Shown: in pieces, positions 28,884 to 37,906 of the stretch | How the letters are laid out: each line of letters opens with the position of its first letter | Numbering within the stretch: position 1 is the first letter of the stretch | Origin: Chitinophagales bacterium | GTDB lineage: Bacteria; Bacteroidota; Bacteroidia; Chitinophagales; JADJOU01 | Direction: 5' to 3' | Assembly (NCBI GenBank): GCA_025455685.1 | Contig: JALOMB010000001.1 | Location: forward strand, 19,673-83,672 | Length of the DNA stretch: 64,000 nucleotides | Notes under the pieces: model-generated | Told to the model about the DNA's origin: nothing | What the model saw: the letters and a program-made list of their open reading frames with translations, nothing else | Databases searched by the model: none | Position numbers and translations under genes: made by a program

Positions 28884-29810
28884 CTAATGTTGCATATAGC
28901 AAGAATCATCTAATGTCTTAAGAAAATCTAAAATTGCACTTTGTTCCTGAATCAATAAATTTATGCTTGGCATGTCATGTGGATGATTCTGTATATTTAA
29001 ATGTACAGTTAAGAAGTCTTTTAAACTAGGATAAGCACCATTATGACCATAAGGAGCTGTAACACTTAAATTTCTAAGGGAAGGCGTTCTAAATCTAAAT
29101 TTATCTCGAGCATCTAAGGTATGGGCATATAAGCCTATGTCAAAAGTATCAAAGCCAGTATTATAATGCTTTTGATCGGTAAAAAGAGGAGGCCTATGAC
29201 AAGAAGCACATTGACCCTTACCAAAAAAAAGAAAATACCCAAATTGTTCCGATTTTGAGAAAAGACTTGTATCGTTGCGCGATACAAATAAGTCGTATTT
29301 ACTATGGAAGTGAACCAAAGAAGACAGATATGACTTGAGAGATTGTCCGATAAGGGCAGCAGTAATAGGCTTTTTGTAGGCTTTATGCGACAAATCCTGA
29401 GCAAAATCATCTAATGTTAATAACTTTTCATAAGCATATATATTGAAATTCATTTCATTGGATTTATGAATCGGAATTAGAGCCTGTAGCGCTAAATCTG
29501 AAGCAGCACTATCATACATGAAATGAGAATAAAATCCGACATTGACCAAACTCAAACTATTGCGGTTCGTAAACTGACCATCGACACCTTTGCTAAGTGG
29601 CAAAGTATCAGCAAAGGCAAATTTGTCTATATGACAGGATGCACAGGATATTTTTCCATCAGAAGAGAGCCTTTTGTCTTCGAAAATGAATTTACCTAAA
29701 GAGATTTGAGCATCTTTAGAAGAAAGGTCTTTTTTTGAGTTACAGCTATTAATTAAAAGAAATAGCGTACTGCAAATTATTAAGGGCCTTTTCAGCTGTT
29801 TCTTGATCAT
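28884..29810 (-). CDS. di-heme cytochrome c peroxidase/MauG family enzyme (MbnH-like)
   Basis: Lipobox LLINSC; two CxxCH motifs (CASCHIDKF, CASCHRPPLF); PSLRNLSVTAPYGHNG typical of the CCP/MauG family. Confidence 0.7.
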   Translation of the reverse strand: MIKKQLKRPLIICSTLFLLINSCNSKKDLSSKDAQISLGKFIFEDKRLSSDGKISCASCHIDKFAFADTLPLSKGVDGQFTNRNSLSLVNVGFYSHFMYDSAASDLALQALIPIHKSNEMNFNIYAYEKLLTLDDFAQDLSHKAYKKPITAALIGQSLKSYLSSLVHFHSKYDLFVSRNDTSLFSKSEQFGYFLFFGKGQCASCHRPPLFTDQKHYNTGFDTFDIGLYAHTLDARDKFRFRTPSLRNLSVTAPYGHNGAYPSLKDFLTVHLNIQNHPHDMPSINLLIQEQSAILDFLKTLDDSCYMQH

Positions 29811-30522
29811 TAGGCGTAGAGTGTGTTACTTTGTCTATAGTCAATGTAAAAGGAATACCTTTAGGATGAGTCGGGAAGAAAAATTCGTCAACGTTAAATA
29901 AGGCATTTATTTCCGTAGTTTTCTTATCATCTAAATTAATATCGATATTTTGAGAGAGATTTTTATCATATTTGAAATTACCACCGAGGTGATAACCTAC
30001 TTTGATGAGTTCCGAAGAGTTTTTTCGTTTATAAGTCCCTTCGAATACGATATATCGATATTTAGTCCAATCGTCCCAATACATATTAGTAATGCCACGA
30101 AGGGGATTATTAGCAGAATAATCATCACCAATTGGACTAGAGGCATTTAAGGTATCATCCAAACCAAAGAAAAAGTTGATTTTTTCCCCTTTGAATATTG
30201 TAAAATCTTTTAAGGAACTAGAATCAAGACAGGTCTTACCAAGACGCAATAAAACAACTCTAGAGATATTTTTTTTGAGATTAAATGAAGCATTTGACAA
30301 AGAAACATCGGAAATGTAAAAATCCAAAACCGAAATAGCAAAAGAATCACCATTTTTTAAAGCAAAAAATTTATCGAGTTTATCCGTCGTTTCTGAGTTC
30401 AATTGAGCCAAAAGTGTATAAGAAATTTTAGGGTTAGAATCAGATGAATTATTCTGATCATTGCAGCTATATTGAAAGATGAGCAAAAGAAATAAATAAA
30501 AAAAAGAGCGATTGGTTTTCAT
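29749..30522 (-). CDS. MbnP-like lipoprotein (partner of MbnH)
   Basis: Lipobox IFQYSC; LDFYISDVSL and NMYWDDWTKYRYIVFEG resemble recalled MbnP family motifs; immediately upstream of and overlapping the di-heme enzyme gene. Confidence 0.5.
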   Translation of the reverse strand: MKTNRSFFYLFLLLIFQYSCNDQNNSSDSNPKISYTLLAQLNSETTDKLDKFFALKNGDSFAISVLDFYISDVSLSNASFNLKKNISRVVLLRLGKTCLDSSSLKDFTIFKGEKINFFFGLDDTLNASSPIGDDYSANNPLRGITNMYWDDWTKYRYIVFEGTYKRKNSSELIKVGYHLGGNFKYDKNLSQNIDINLDDKKTTEINALFNVDEFFFPTHPKGIPFTLTIDKVTHSTPNDQETAEKALNNLQYAISFN

Positions 30523-30543
30523 ATTCTAAGAAGTTTTATACTA

Positions 30544-30551
30544 CAAATATA
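30544..30551 (-). promoter_or_regulatory. -7 box (TATATTTG on minus strand) for the MbnP/MbnH-like pair
   Basis: Plus strand CAAATATA; 22 nt upstream of the ATG at 30522. Confidence 0.4.
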
Positions 30552-30604
30552 ACGAAAAAAAATGAGATTGTGGATATATGAGTAAAAAACAAAATTTTTT
30601 TCCT

Positions 30605-30612
30605 TATTTTTG
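30605..30612 (+). promoter_or_regulatory. -7 box TATTTTTG for DUF3109-aminotransferase-ruvC-rsmF unit
   Basis: TAnnTTTG match 12 nt upstream of the TTG start at 30624. Confidence 0.4.
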
Positions 30613-30623
30613 TCTATAAAAAT

Positions 30624-31202
30624 TTGAGTTTGATAGCCATAGATGATATTTTGATTAGTGATGATATTTTTGAAGAGCAGTTTGTATGTGATTTACAGAA
30701 ATGCAAAGGCGCGTGCTGTGTAGAAGGCGATAGTGGAGCACCTGTTCTAGAAGAAGAGCGTCCAAAAATGCAAGCGGCCTTAGATAAATTAAGTCAAATT
30801 CTCCCACAAGAATCCCTTGAAGAAATTAACCAAAAAGGTGTAGCAATTTATGATTCAGAAGACAAGACGTATAAAACTACCTTGAATCAAGACGGAACAT
30901 GTAGCTTTGCTATAAGAGAAAATGGCATTTTATTTTGTGGATTTGAGCGATTGTATCAAAAAAAAGAAATAGATTTTCCTAAGCCAATTTCCTGTCATTT
31001 ATATCCTATTAGAATCTCAGAGCTAGGAAGCTTAACTACAATAAACTATGAAGTATGGAATATTTGTGCAGATGCCTGTTTACTTGGCAAAGAAATGCAA
31101 ATACCCGTTTATAAATTTGTACAAAATGCGATCAAAAGGAAATTTGGAACAGAATTTTACGCAAAATTAGATGATTATTACACACAAAACTATAGGTTAT
31201 GA
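30624..31202 (+). CDS. DUF3109 family Cys-rich protein
   Basis: FVCDLQKCKGACCVEGDSGAPVLEEE matches the recalled DUF3109 N-terminus. TTG start (30624, or alternatively 30630), with no in-frame ATG nearby. Confidence 0.55.
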   Translation: MSLIAIDDILISDDIFEEQFVCDLQKCKGACCVEGDSGAPVLEEERPKMQAALDKLSQILPQESLEEINQKGVAIYDSEDKTYKTTLNQDGTCSFAIRENGILFCGFERLYQKKEIDFPKPISCHLYPIRISELGSLTTINYEVWNICADACLLGKEMQIPVYKFVQNAIKRKFGTEFYAKLDDYYTQNYRL

Positions 31203-32386
31203 TTACAAATAGAATAAAAAACCTGCATGAATCAGCAACATTAAAAATGGCAAAACTCGCAAGAGATTTAAAAGCGTCAGGAAGAGATATTATTAGTCTT
31301 AGCCTAGGAGAGCCAGATTTCGACACGCCTCAAATTATCAAAGAGGCAGCCAAAAAAGCGCTAGATGAAGGCAATACAAAATATACCGCAGTAGCAGGAC
31401 ATTTAGCGCTCAGAGAAGCAATATGCCATAAATTAAAGAGACAAAATGGATTGGAATATTCGCCAAATCAAATCGTAGTCTGTAATGGTGCCAAACAAGC
31501 CATATCAAATGCTTGTATGTCTTTGCTCAATCCAGGAGATGAGATTTTAATTCCAGCTCCATATTGGGTAAGCTATAAACCTATAGCGCAGCTCGCAGAA
31601 GCAATTATTACAGAGGTGCCGACTACCGTAGAAGAGAATTATCTCGCTTCAGCCAAACTACTAGAAGCAAATATATCAGAAAAAACCCGAGCGATTATTT
31701 ATTCCTCACCATGTAATCCTACAGGCTCAGTTTATGAAAGACATCAACTCGCAGAAATAGCAGAAATGCTCGAAAAATATCCCAATGTATTTGTATTGTC
31801 TGATGAAATATATGAACATATCAATTATTTGAATAAACATGAGAGTATAGCGCAGTTTCCAAAAATAAAAGACCGAGTCGTTCTCATTAATGGATTTAGC
31901 AAAGCCTATTCGATGACAGGATGGAGAATGGGCTATACCGCGACAAATTTAGAACTCGCTCAGGCCATTGAAAAATTCCAAGGGCAAGTGACCTCAGGAA
32001 TCTGTAATTTTAATCAAATTGCAGGCATCACAGCACTAGAAAAAACAGATGCAGAAGTTAAGTCTATGGTAGAAGCCTTTAGAAAAAGAAAAGAAGTGAT
32101 CATGGAAGGGCTTAGAGAAATTCCAGGTATCAAACTCAATAATCCACAAGGTGCTTTTTATGCTTTTCCTGATATAAGTAGTTATTTTGGAAAAAGCTAT
32201 GAAGGAAAGAAAATAGAGACCTCGAGTGATATGGCAATGTATATACTCGAAGTAGCAGAAGTAGGATGTGTGGGAGGCGATGATTTCGCAGCAGATAAAT
32301 GCATTCGCTTTTCATTTGCCGCTAGTGAAGAACAAATAAGAGAGGCGATGAAGCGCGTAAAAGCGGCTTTAGAAAAACTACAATAA
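31199..32386 (+). CDS. pyridoxal phosphate-dependent aminotransferase (aspartate aminotransferase class I)
   Basis: GEPDFDTP, PAPYWVSY, NGFSKAYSMTGWRMGY (PLP lysine). Confidence 0.85.
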   Translation: MITNRIKNLHESATLKMAKLARDLKASGRDIISLSLGEPDFDTPQIIKEAAKKALDEGNTKYTAVAGHLALREAICHKLKRQNGLEYSPNQIVVCNGAKQAISNACMSLLNPGDEILIPAPYWVSYKPIAQLAEAIITEVPTTVEENYLASAKLLEANISEKTRAIIYSSPCNPTGSVYERHQLAEIAEMLEKYPNVFVLSDEIYEHINYLNKHESIAQFPKIKDRVVLINGFSKAYSMTGWRMGYTATNLELAQAIEKFQGQVTSGICNFNQIAGITALEKTDAEVKSMVEAFRKRKEVIMEGLREIPGIKLNNPQGAFYAFPDISSYFGKSYEGKKIETSSDMAMYILEVAEVGCVGGDDFAADKCIRFSFAASEEQIREAMKRVKAALEKLQ

Positions 32387-32971
32387 TTGAATCAAAGAAT
32401 AATTTTAGGTATAGACCCAGGCACAGTTTCCTTAGGCTATGCCGTAATTTCGGTACAAGACAAAAAAGTAGATATACTCGTCATAGGAGAGCTCAATCTT
32501 AAGAAATTAGACAATCAGCAGCTTAAATTAAAAATGATTTTTGAGCAATTGCTTCAAGTCATAGACATGTATTTGCCAGATGAATGTGCTGTGGAAGTAC
32601 CTTTTTTTGCCAAGAATCCTCAAAGTTTACTCAAACTTGGCAGAGCACAAGGCGTAGCTATGGCAGCCGCCCTCTATCGACAAATACCTGTAGCAGAATA
32701 TTATCCAACTAAAGTAAAAGCAGCGATTACAGGAAATGGACGAGCTACCAAAGAACAACTCTTCGACATGATTCAGAAACTTTTAGGTAAATCCCTAGAC
32801 GTCAAAACTTATGACGCATCAGATGCCTTGGGTGTCGCACTTTGTCATTGCTACCAAAACCAAAATCAGCTGACCCAAAAATCGACGCTGCCTAAGGCAA
32901 AATCAAATAGAAAATCGTCATGGAATGATTTCGTAAAAACCAATCAAGATAAGATAATCAAAAAAACATGA
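32387..32971 (+). CDS. ruvC: crossover junction endodeoxyribonuclease RuvC
   Basis: ILGIDPGT, catalytic acidic residues, DASDALGVALCH; basic C-terminal tail. Confidence 0.85.
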   Translation: MNQRIILGIDPGTVSLGYAVISVQDKKVDILVIGELNLKKLDNQQLKLKMIFEQLLQVIDMYLPDECAVEVPFFAKNPQSLLKLGRAQGVAMAAALYRQIPVAEYYPTKVKAAITGNGRATKEQLFDMIQKLLGKSLDVKTYDASDALGVALCHCYQNQNQLTQKSTLPKAKSNRKSSWNDFVKTNQDKIIKKT

Positions 32972-34299
32972 CACTTCCTCTAGGTTTTATTGATAGAATG
33001 AAAGGCCAAATCAATGATTTTGAAGCCTTTGAGCGATCAATGAGCTTACCGATGAGACCAAGTATTAGAATTAATCCAACTAAAAAATATACGCCATCAA
33101 ATGATATGGAGCCAATACCATGGCATCCAAATGCGTTTTTTGTGAAGCAACGTCCGACCTATGTCCTAGACCCTCAATTTCACCAAGGCGTCTATTATCC
33201 ACAGGAAGCAAGCTCGATGTGCCTTGATTTGATTCTGAAATACTTAAAGAAACAAGGGCTAAAAATGGATTTATGTCTTGATTTTTGTGCGGCACCAGGA
33301 GGAAAATCTCAAATCATCCTAGATCATTTATCCCCAAAACAAATACTGATATCAAATGAAATCAATGAATCGAGAAATGAGATTCTAAGAGAGACCTTGA
33401 CAAAATGGGGAAAACCCAATTTTATCATTACCCAATCACCCGCTGCAAATTTACCCAAATTAGGAGAAGTATTTGATTTAATCTTGCTCGATGCCCCTTG
33501 TAGTGGAGAAGGTATGTTTAGAAAAGACAGCTTTGCTAGAGCGCAATGGTCAGAGGAGCTCTGTACCCAATGTGAAACCACACAAGCAGAAATCATCGAC
33601 AAAGCTATAGATTCGCTCAAAAACCAAGGGTTTTTGATTTATGCTACATGTACCTATAATCCAAAAGAAAACTTAGAGCAAATCAAATCGGCATTAAAAA
33701 AATATAACTTGGAATCTATAGAAATCCCAGCATTAGAAGAGTACCATGTGGAAAAACAAGAAAAAGACAAGGCGATAGGATATCAATTTTATCCGCACAA
33801 ATCATTAGGAGAAGGATTTTTCGTAGCTATACTTAGGAAATTGAGCTCAGAGAACCAAGAAATAAATTCAAGAGCGGTAGCACAAATAAAGCCGGCATTT
33901 CAAAACATACTACAAGCCAAAGATGGTTATGAATTGATACAGTATCGAGACGTGGTATCAATAGTATCATCGTCTGTTTACGACGCTTTGATTCATATAG
34001 CGCCATTTAAAATTAAACAAACAGGCATTCCAGTACTTGAAACTACTTATAAAACAACGAATCTACACGAATATCTACCATTTGTCTATGCTTTTTTAGA
34101 TACAGAAATACCCCAAATAGAGGTAAACAAAGACCAAGCGTTGAAAATACTGCGATTAGAAAGTGATTTAATCTTAGAAAAGCAGATAGGAGAAAATGTC
34201 ATGTCGTGTTATCATGAAAATCCCTTGAGCATCATGAAAATCCTCCCCAATAGAATTAATAATAAATATCCCAAAAATTGGCGGATTAGATCAGCCTAA
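32968..34299 (+). CDS. rRNA cytosine-C5 methyltransferase, RsmB/RsmF (NOL1/NOP2/Sun) family
   Basis: DFCAAPGGKS SAM motif and DAPCSGEGMFRK, TCTYNPKEN catalytic cysteines. Confidence 0.75.
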   Translation: MTLPLGFIDRMKGQINDFEAFERSMSLPMRPSIRINPTKKYTPSNDMEPIPWHPNAFFVKQRPTYVLDPQFHQGVYYPQEASSMCLDLILKYLKKQGLKMDLCLDFCAAPGGKSQIILDHLSPKQILISNEINESRNEILRETLTKWGKPNFIITQSPAANLPKLGEVFDLILLDAPCSGEGMFRKDSFARAQWSEELCTQCETTQAEIIDKAIDSLKNQGFLIYATCTYNPKENLEQIKSALKKYNLESIEIPALEEYHVEKQEKDKAIGYQFYPHKSLGEGFFVAILRKLSSENQEINSRAVAQIKPAFQNILQAKDGYELIQYRDVVSIVSSSVYDALIHIAPFKIKQTGIPVLETTYKTTNLHEYLPFVYAFLDTEIPQIEVNKDQALKILRLESDLILEKQIGENVMSCYHENPLSIMKILPNRINNKYPKNWRIRSA

Positions 34300-34797
34300 T
34301 TAACGAGTAAGAGGAGATTTAGAGATCTCAAGAAAAAAACTCGCCAAAGTGTCCTTGCTAGACTTAGCACGATGTTTAATAATAATTTCGAAATCAGAAT
34401 TTTCTTTTAAAGTCATAGAGAAACTATCTTTTGAGCTTATAGAAGTATAGACTTTGTTTTTATTTTTGAATTTTTTCTTGTCTTTGTCTTTTTCAGCGAA
34501 ATTACTTTTTAATAAATTCATGTTGACATTATTTTCAGCAGACTTTAATAAAAAAGTAACCTCATACCCACTATCTACAGAATAGAAATAATTTTTATGA
34601 ATATCTAGACCTACATATCCTTCATAAACGTCATTTTTATTGGATTCAGCTAAAAGCAGCTCTTGAATTTTAGCGGCATTCAACGTATCTTTAGTCTCTT
34701 GTAAAGAATCTGTATGCATTTCTTTTTGTGAAGCGCCCTCATCACAGCTAATCAAATAAACCAAAATAAGAAATAAAAAGGACTTAAACAATGACAT
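34300..34797 (-). CDS. hypothetical lipoprotein
   Basis: Lipobox LVYLISC; no recognisable domains; last gene of the clpP-hpt transcription unit. Confidence 0.45.
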   Translation of the reverse strand: MSLFKSFLFLILVYLISCDEGASQKEMHTDSLQETKDTLNAAKIQELLLAESNKNDVYEGYVGLDIHKNYFYSVDSGYEVTFLLKSAENNVNMNLLKSNFAEKDKDKKKFKNKNKVYTSISSKDSFSMTLKENSDFEIIIKHRAKSSKDTLASFFLEISKSPLTR

Positions 34798-34800
34798 ATT

Positions 34801-35343
34801 TTAAGATTTTAACTGATAAATGCTGTTAAGATTCCGAGCAAGACCTTCATAGTCTAGACCGTAGCCTATAACGAACCGATCCGGAATAGAAAACCCAATT
34901 TGATCAATAGGGAAATCATGAAGGAATTTATCGGGTTTACAAACTAAGGTAGAAATAAAAATGGACTTACATTGCATTTGAGATAAACTATCCAAGAGAT
35001 ATCTAATCGTATTGCCGGTATCAATAATATCTTCTAAAATGATAATCGGTCTATTTGAAACGATTTCAGGACTAATTCCAATTAAGGGCTTTAAGGTACT
35101 ACTGTGTAATCCACCGTGATAAGAAGCAACTTTTACGAATTCTATCTCGAGTTCGAAATCTAAATTTGCGATTAAATCGGCAGCAAATCGAATAACGCCA
35201 TTGAGCACTCCTAAAATAATAGGTCTTTCATTTTGAAAACGAGCAGTTATTTCAAGCGCCATTTCAGCAATTCGACGCTGAATATCTTCAGCGCATATCA
35301 ACTCTGTAAATTCTAAATCTAGAACTTTAATTTTTTGATTCAC
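34801..35343 (-). CDS. hpt: hypoxanthine phosphoribosyltransferase
   Basis: PRPP-binding loop PIIILEDIIDTGNT; GYGLDY; 180 aa. Confidence 0.85.
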   Translation of the reverse strand: MNQKIKVLDLEFTELICAEDIQRRIAEMALEITARFQNERPIILGVLNGVIRFAADLIANLDFELEIEFVKVASYHGGLHSSTLKPLIGISPEIVSNRPIIILEDIIDTGNTIRYLLDSLSQMQCKSIFISTLVCKPDKFLHDFPIDQIGFSIPDRFVIGYGLDYEGLARNLNSIYQLKS

Positions 35344-35714
35344 GCGATAGGATTTAAAACGATTTGATAAATAGTATAGGAGTTTACTTGACGATTATAA
35401 AAAAATTTATCGATGATCTCTACGATATTTCTACCGCGAAAAAAACTCTTAAAACGTTGACTTGAGCTTGCTTCAGCCCATTCAATAGTATAGACGAGTT
35501 CTAAATTAAAATTAGTTTGAATATAACCGAGCATTTTTTCTAAAGCTTCTTGCTTATTTACAGCGATTAAGCTATGAAAAAGAAAAGTATTTTGGTGCAG
35601 CGGATTCTTCGTATAGAGATTGAGTTCTACAATATTTCCTTTTTCGAAAAACTCGAAATTCAAATTTTCAGGAGCAATAGCTAAAATAGAAGCGATTTGA
35701 GTTTCGATTTGCAT
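35340..35714 (-). CDS. hypothetical protein (124 aa)
   Basis: Clean ORF, ATGA-coupled to hpt and 1 nt after the clpP stop; no motif recognised. Confidence 0.4.
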   Translation of the reverse strand: MQIETQIASILAIAPENLNFEFFEKGNIVELNLYTKNPLHQNTFLFHSLIAVNKQEALEKMLGYIQTNFNLELVYTIEWAEASSSQRFKSFFRGRNIVEIIDKFFYNRQVNSYTIYQIVLNPIA

Positions 35715-35715
35715 G

Positions 35716-36336
35716 TTATAGTTTTTCTACTATTTCATCGATAATGCCGTATTGAAGTGCTTCTTGAGCATCCATCCAATAGTCTCTATCGAAGTCTTTG
35801 AGGATTTTATCGAGGGGTTGATTGCAATTTTCCGCGAGAATTTCAGCTAAAACGAGTTTACTTTTATTTATTTGTTTGGCTGTAATCTCTAAATCTATTG
35901 CTTGACCTCTAATACCACCAATAGAAGGCTGATGAATCATAACTCTAGCGTTCTTATAAGCACGTCTTTTTCCTTTGGTTCCATGACTAAGTATCATAGC
36001 TCCCATAGAAGCGGCTAAACCGATACATGTTGTATTTACAGGAGATTCTATAGCACGCATTGTGTCCATTAGCGCTAAACCACTCGTAACCGAACCTCCG
36101 GGCGAGCTCAAAAAAATATCTATAGGCTTTCCGCTATCGAGACCATCAAGCAAAAGGACTTTGTTCAATATTTTTTCCATTGATTTATCATCGACGGGAC
36201 CCCAAAAGAAGATTCTTCGTTGTTTGAGAAATAATTCTTCTGCTTTTTTAGATAGATTGTCTTTTTCTTCTTTTTCTTTTTCTTTATCATCGCTGTCATC
36301 ATTGCGCCAATTATTCCATAAATAATCTAAATTCAT
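35716..36336 (-). CDS. clpP: ATP-dependent Clp protease proteolytic subunit, ClpP1-type paralog
   Basis: Catalytic triad context GLAASMG (Ser), MIHQPS (His), DRDYWM (Asp). The N-terminus is acidic low-complexity and resembles chlamydial ClpP1 (RRIFF..PV), not the canonical axial loop. Confidence 0.8.
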   Translation of the reverse strand: MNLDYLWNNWRNDDSDDKEKEKEEKDNLSKKAEELFLKQRRIFFWGPVDDKSMEKILNKVLLLDGLDSGKPIDIFLSSPGGSVTSGLALMDTMRAIESPVNTTCIGLAASMGAMILSHGTKGKRRAYKNARVMIHQPSIGGIRGQAIDLEITAKQINKSKLVLAEILAENCNQPLDKILKDFDRDYWMDAQEALQYGIIDEIVEKL

Positions 36337-36359
36337 ATCCTGCTATTTTTTTTAAAGCA

Positions 36360-36367
36360 CAAAAATA
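36360..36367 (-). promoter_or_regulatory. -7 box (TATTTTTG on minus strand) for clpP unit
   Basis: Plus strand CAAAAATA; 24 nt upstream of the ATG at 36336. Confidence 0.4.
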
Positions 36368-36400
36368 AGGATAAATATTTATAGTGTTAAGATAAAATTA

Positions 36401-37897
36401 CTACTCTTTTTGTGAAATTAATTTAATCGTTGATTTTATAGATTTTTCATGAAGAAATGCCCAGATCAAACCAATACCCAAAAGCATAATCCAATACCAA
36501 AAGTCGAAGAAATCACGATAAGCTGCGAGCACAAATTTCAAGGAGAGAAAGCACAAACCTAAAATCCCGGAATAAATTAAAAAGAATGTAATTGGTCTTA
36601 TCCAGTTTAACTTAATTTGTTCTATAGATTTAGAAAAATATCTAAAACAGAGCACTAAAATCAAAAAACTAAGACACCCTGATACCGTCATTAGCATTTG
36701 ACGCAGTAGTATATTTGCCCAGAATAAATTACATAAAATCAAAACAGTAAACACAAAAGCGAGCAGAACACTGCGAAAATAAACCGAACCTTTGAGCGTA
36801 AAATCAGAGGACAATTTGCTAAAATTAGTAAATCCGTAGATCAAGGGTTGAAGGGATAAAAAAACAAAGTAATATCGAGCAGGCCAGAACTCTAAGTCCG
36901 TAAATCGTATCACATATCCATAAACGAAGAGACAGAGCAAAAACCATAAACCAAAACCAAATTGCATATATAAATCAAATGAAAAAGAAGCATGATTTTG
37001 CATATCTTCTGTGTTTTTGGATTTCAAGAGTACAGGATTAAAAGCAGACCAAAAACCGTTAACGAAAGCTAGAATCGCTTGACTAAGCATCATTGCTAAA
37101 GCAAAGGAAGAAAATTCTAGCTTATTGATGAAGTAAATAAACAAAAAGGGATGAAAATAAGTCATAGCAATCAAGGCAAAATTTCCAGGAATTAACGGAA
37201 GACAAAGAAGAAAGAGTTTTCGTAAATGATTGGAAAACGCAACAAAATTAACGAGCCAAGGCATCATTTTAATCAAAGCGAGAACCCCAAAAAGTACATG
37301 TACCATAGCCATAGCCCAAAAAAAGCTATTGTAACGCCCAATATGTAAAAATTCAGGAAAGGCTATAGGAAGAGAAGTAACATATAAGAATAAAATCATT
37401 AAAAGAAATGGAAGACTACCATAAATTATATTCCACCAAAATACCGTTTTGGCTTTTTGAATCGAACGAAGATAGACTAAATAAACAGAAATAGGGGTTT
37501 GAAAAAATAAAATAACGACCAAGAGAAAATAAAGTTCGAGACAACCTTTTTTGAGGAAAAGTTCATCAGAGACAACCTTAGCCAAGAATGGCCATAAAAA
37601 ATATAAAAGAACACTAACAAAAAATACGAATAGACTCTGAAAAAACAATCGAGTTAAATATGCAACGTCGCCATTATGACCTTGTCTTTTTAAATAAAAG
37701 TAATAATTTGTTGCAGCGTAGTCTGAATTGAGCGTAGTCAAAAAAACTAGAATTGTAACGAGTTGCTGAAAAACACTGATATGACTATAGCCTTCAGCTT
37801 GAATAAAAGACAAAATATATGGCAACGCTAAAATCTGAATACCTCGACCAAACAAAGTACCAAAACTATAGAGTATCGTATGCTTAATCGCTTTCAT
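36401..37897 (-). CDS. polytopic membrane protein, MOP/Wzx-like polysaccharide biosynthesis (flippase) family
   Basis: 498 aa, about 12-14 hydrophobic segments, N-terminus YSFGTLFGRGIQILALPYIL reminiscent of Wzx-type flippases; assigned on topology only. Confidence 0.45.
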   Translation of the reverse strand: MKAIKHTILYSFGTLFGRGIQILALPYILSFIQAEGYSHISVFQQLVTILVFLTTLNSDYAATNYYFYLKRQGHNGDVAYLTRLFFQSLFVFFVSVLLYFLWPFLAKVVSDELFLKKGCLELYFLLVVILFFQTPISVYLVYLRSIQKAKTVFWWNIIYGSLPFLLMILFLYVTSLPIAFPEFLHIGRYNSFFWAMAMVHVLFGVLALIKMMPWLVNFVAFSNHLRKLFLLCLPLIPGNFALIAMTYFHPFLFIYFINKLEFSSFALAMMLSQAILAFVNGFWSAFNPVLLKSKNTEDMQNHASFSFDLYMQFGFGLWFLLCLFVYGYVIRFTDLEFWPARYYFVFLSLQPLIYGFTNFSKLSSDFTLKGSVYFRSVLLAFVFTVLILCNLFWANILLRQMLMTVSGCLSFLILVLCFRYFSKSIEQIKLNWIRPITFFLIYSGILGLCFLSLKFVLAAYRDFFDFWYWIMLLGIGLIWAFLHEKSIKSTIKLISQKE

Positions 37898-37906
37898 TTC
37901 TGCTTC

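Noticed and set aside
28118-28902. Two long antisense ORFs (109 and 94 aa) opposite the Lys/Glu/Pro-rich tail gene
   Set aside because: They are the stop-free reverse complement of a purine-rich low-complexity coding tract (Phe/Leu/Ser-rich products). They have no promoter box or sensible start context. I treat them as ORF-caller artefacts.
36261-36300. Long pyrimidine-rich tract (CTTTTTCTTCTTTTTCTTTTTCTTTATCATCGCTGTCATC)
   Set aside because: It is the coding sequence of the acidic/lysine-rich N-terminus of the ClpP paralog on the minus strand, not a regulatory homopurine/homopyrimidine element.
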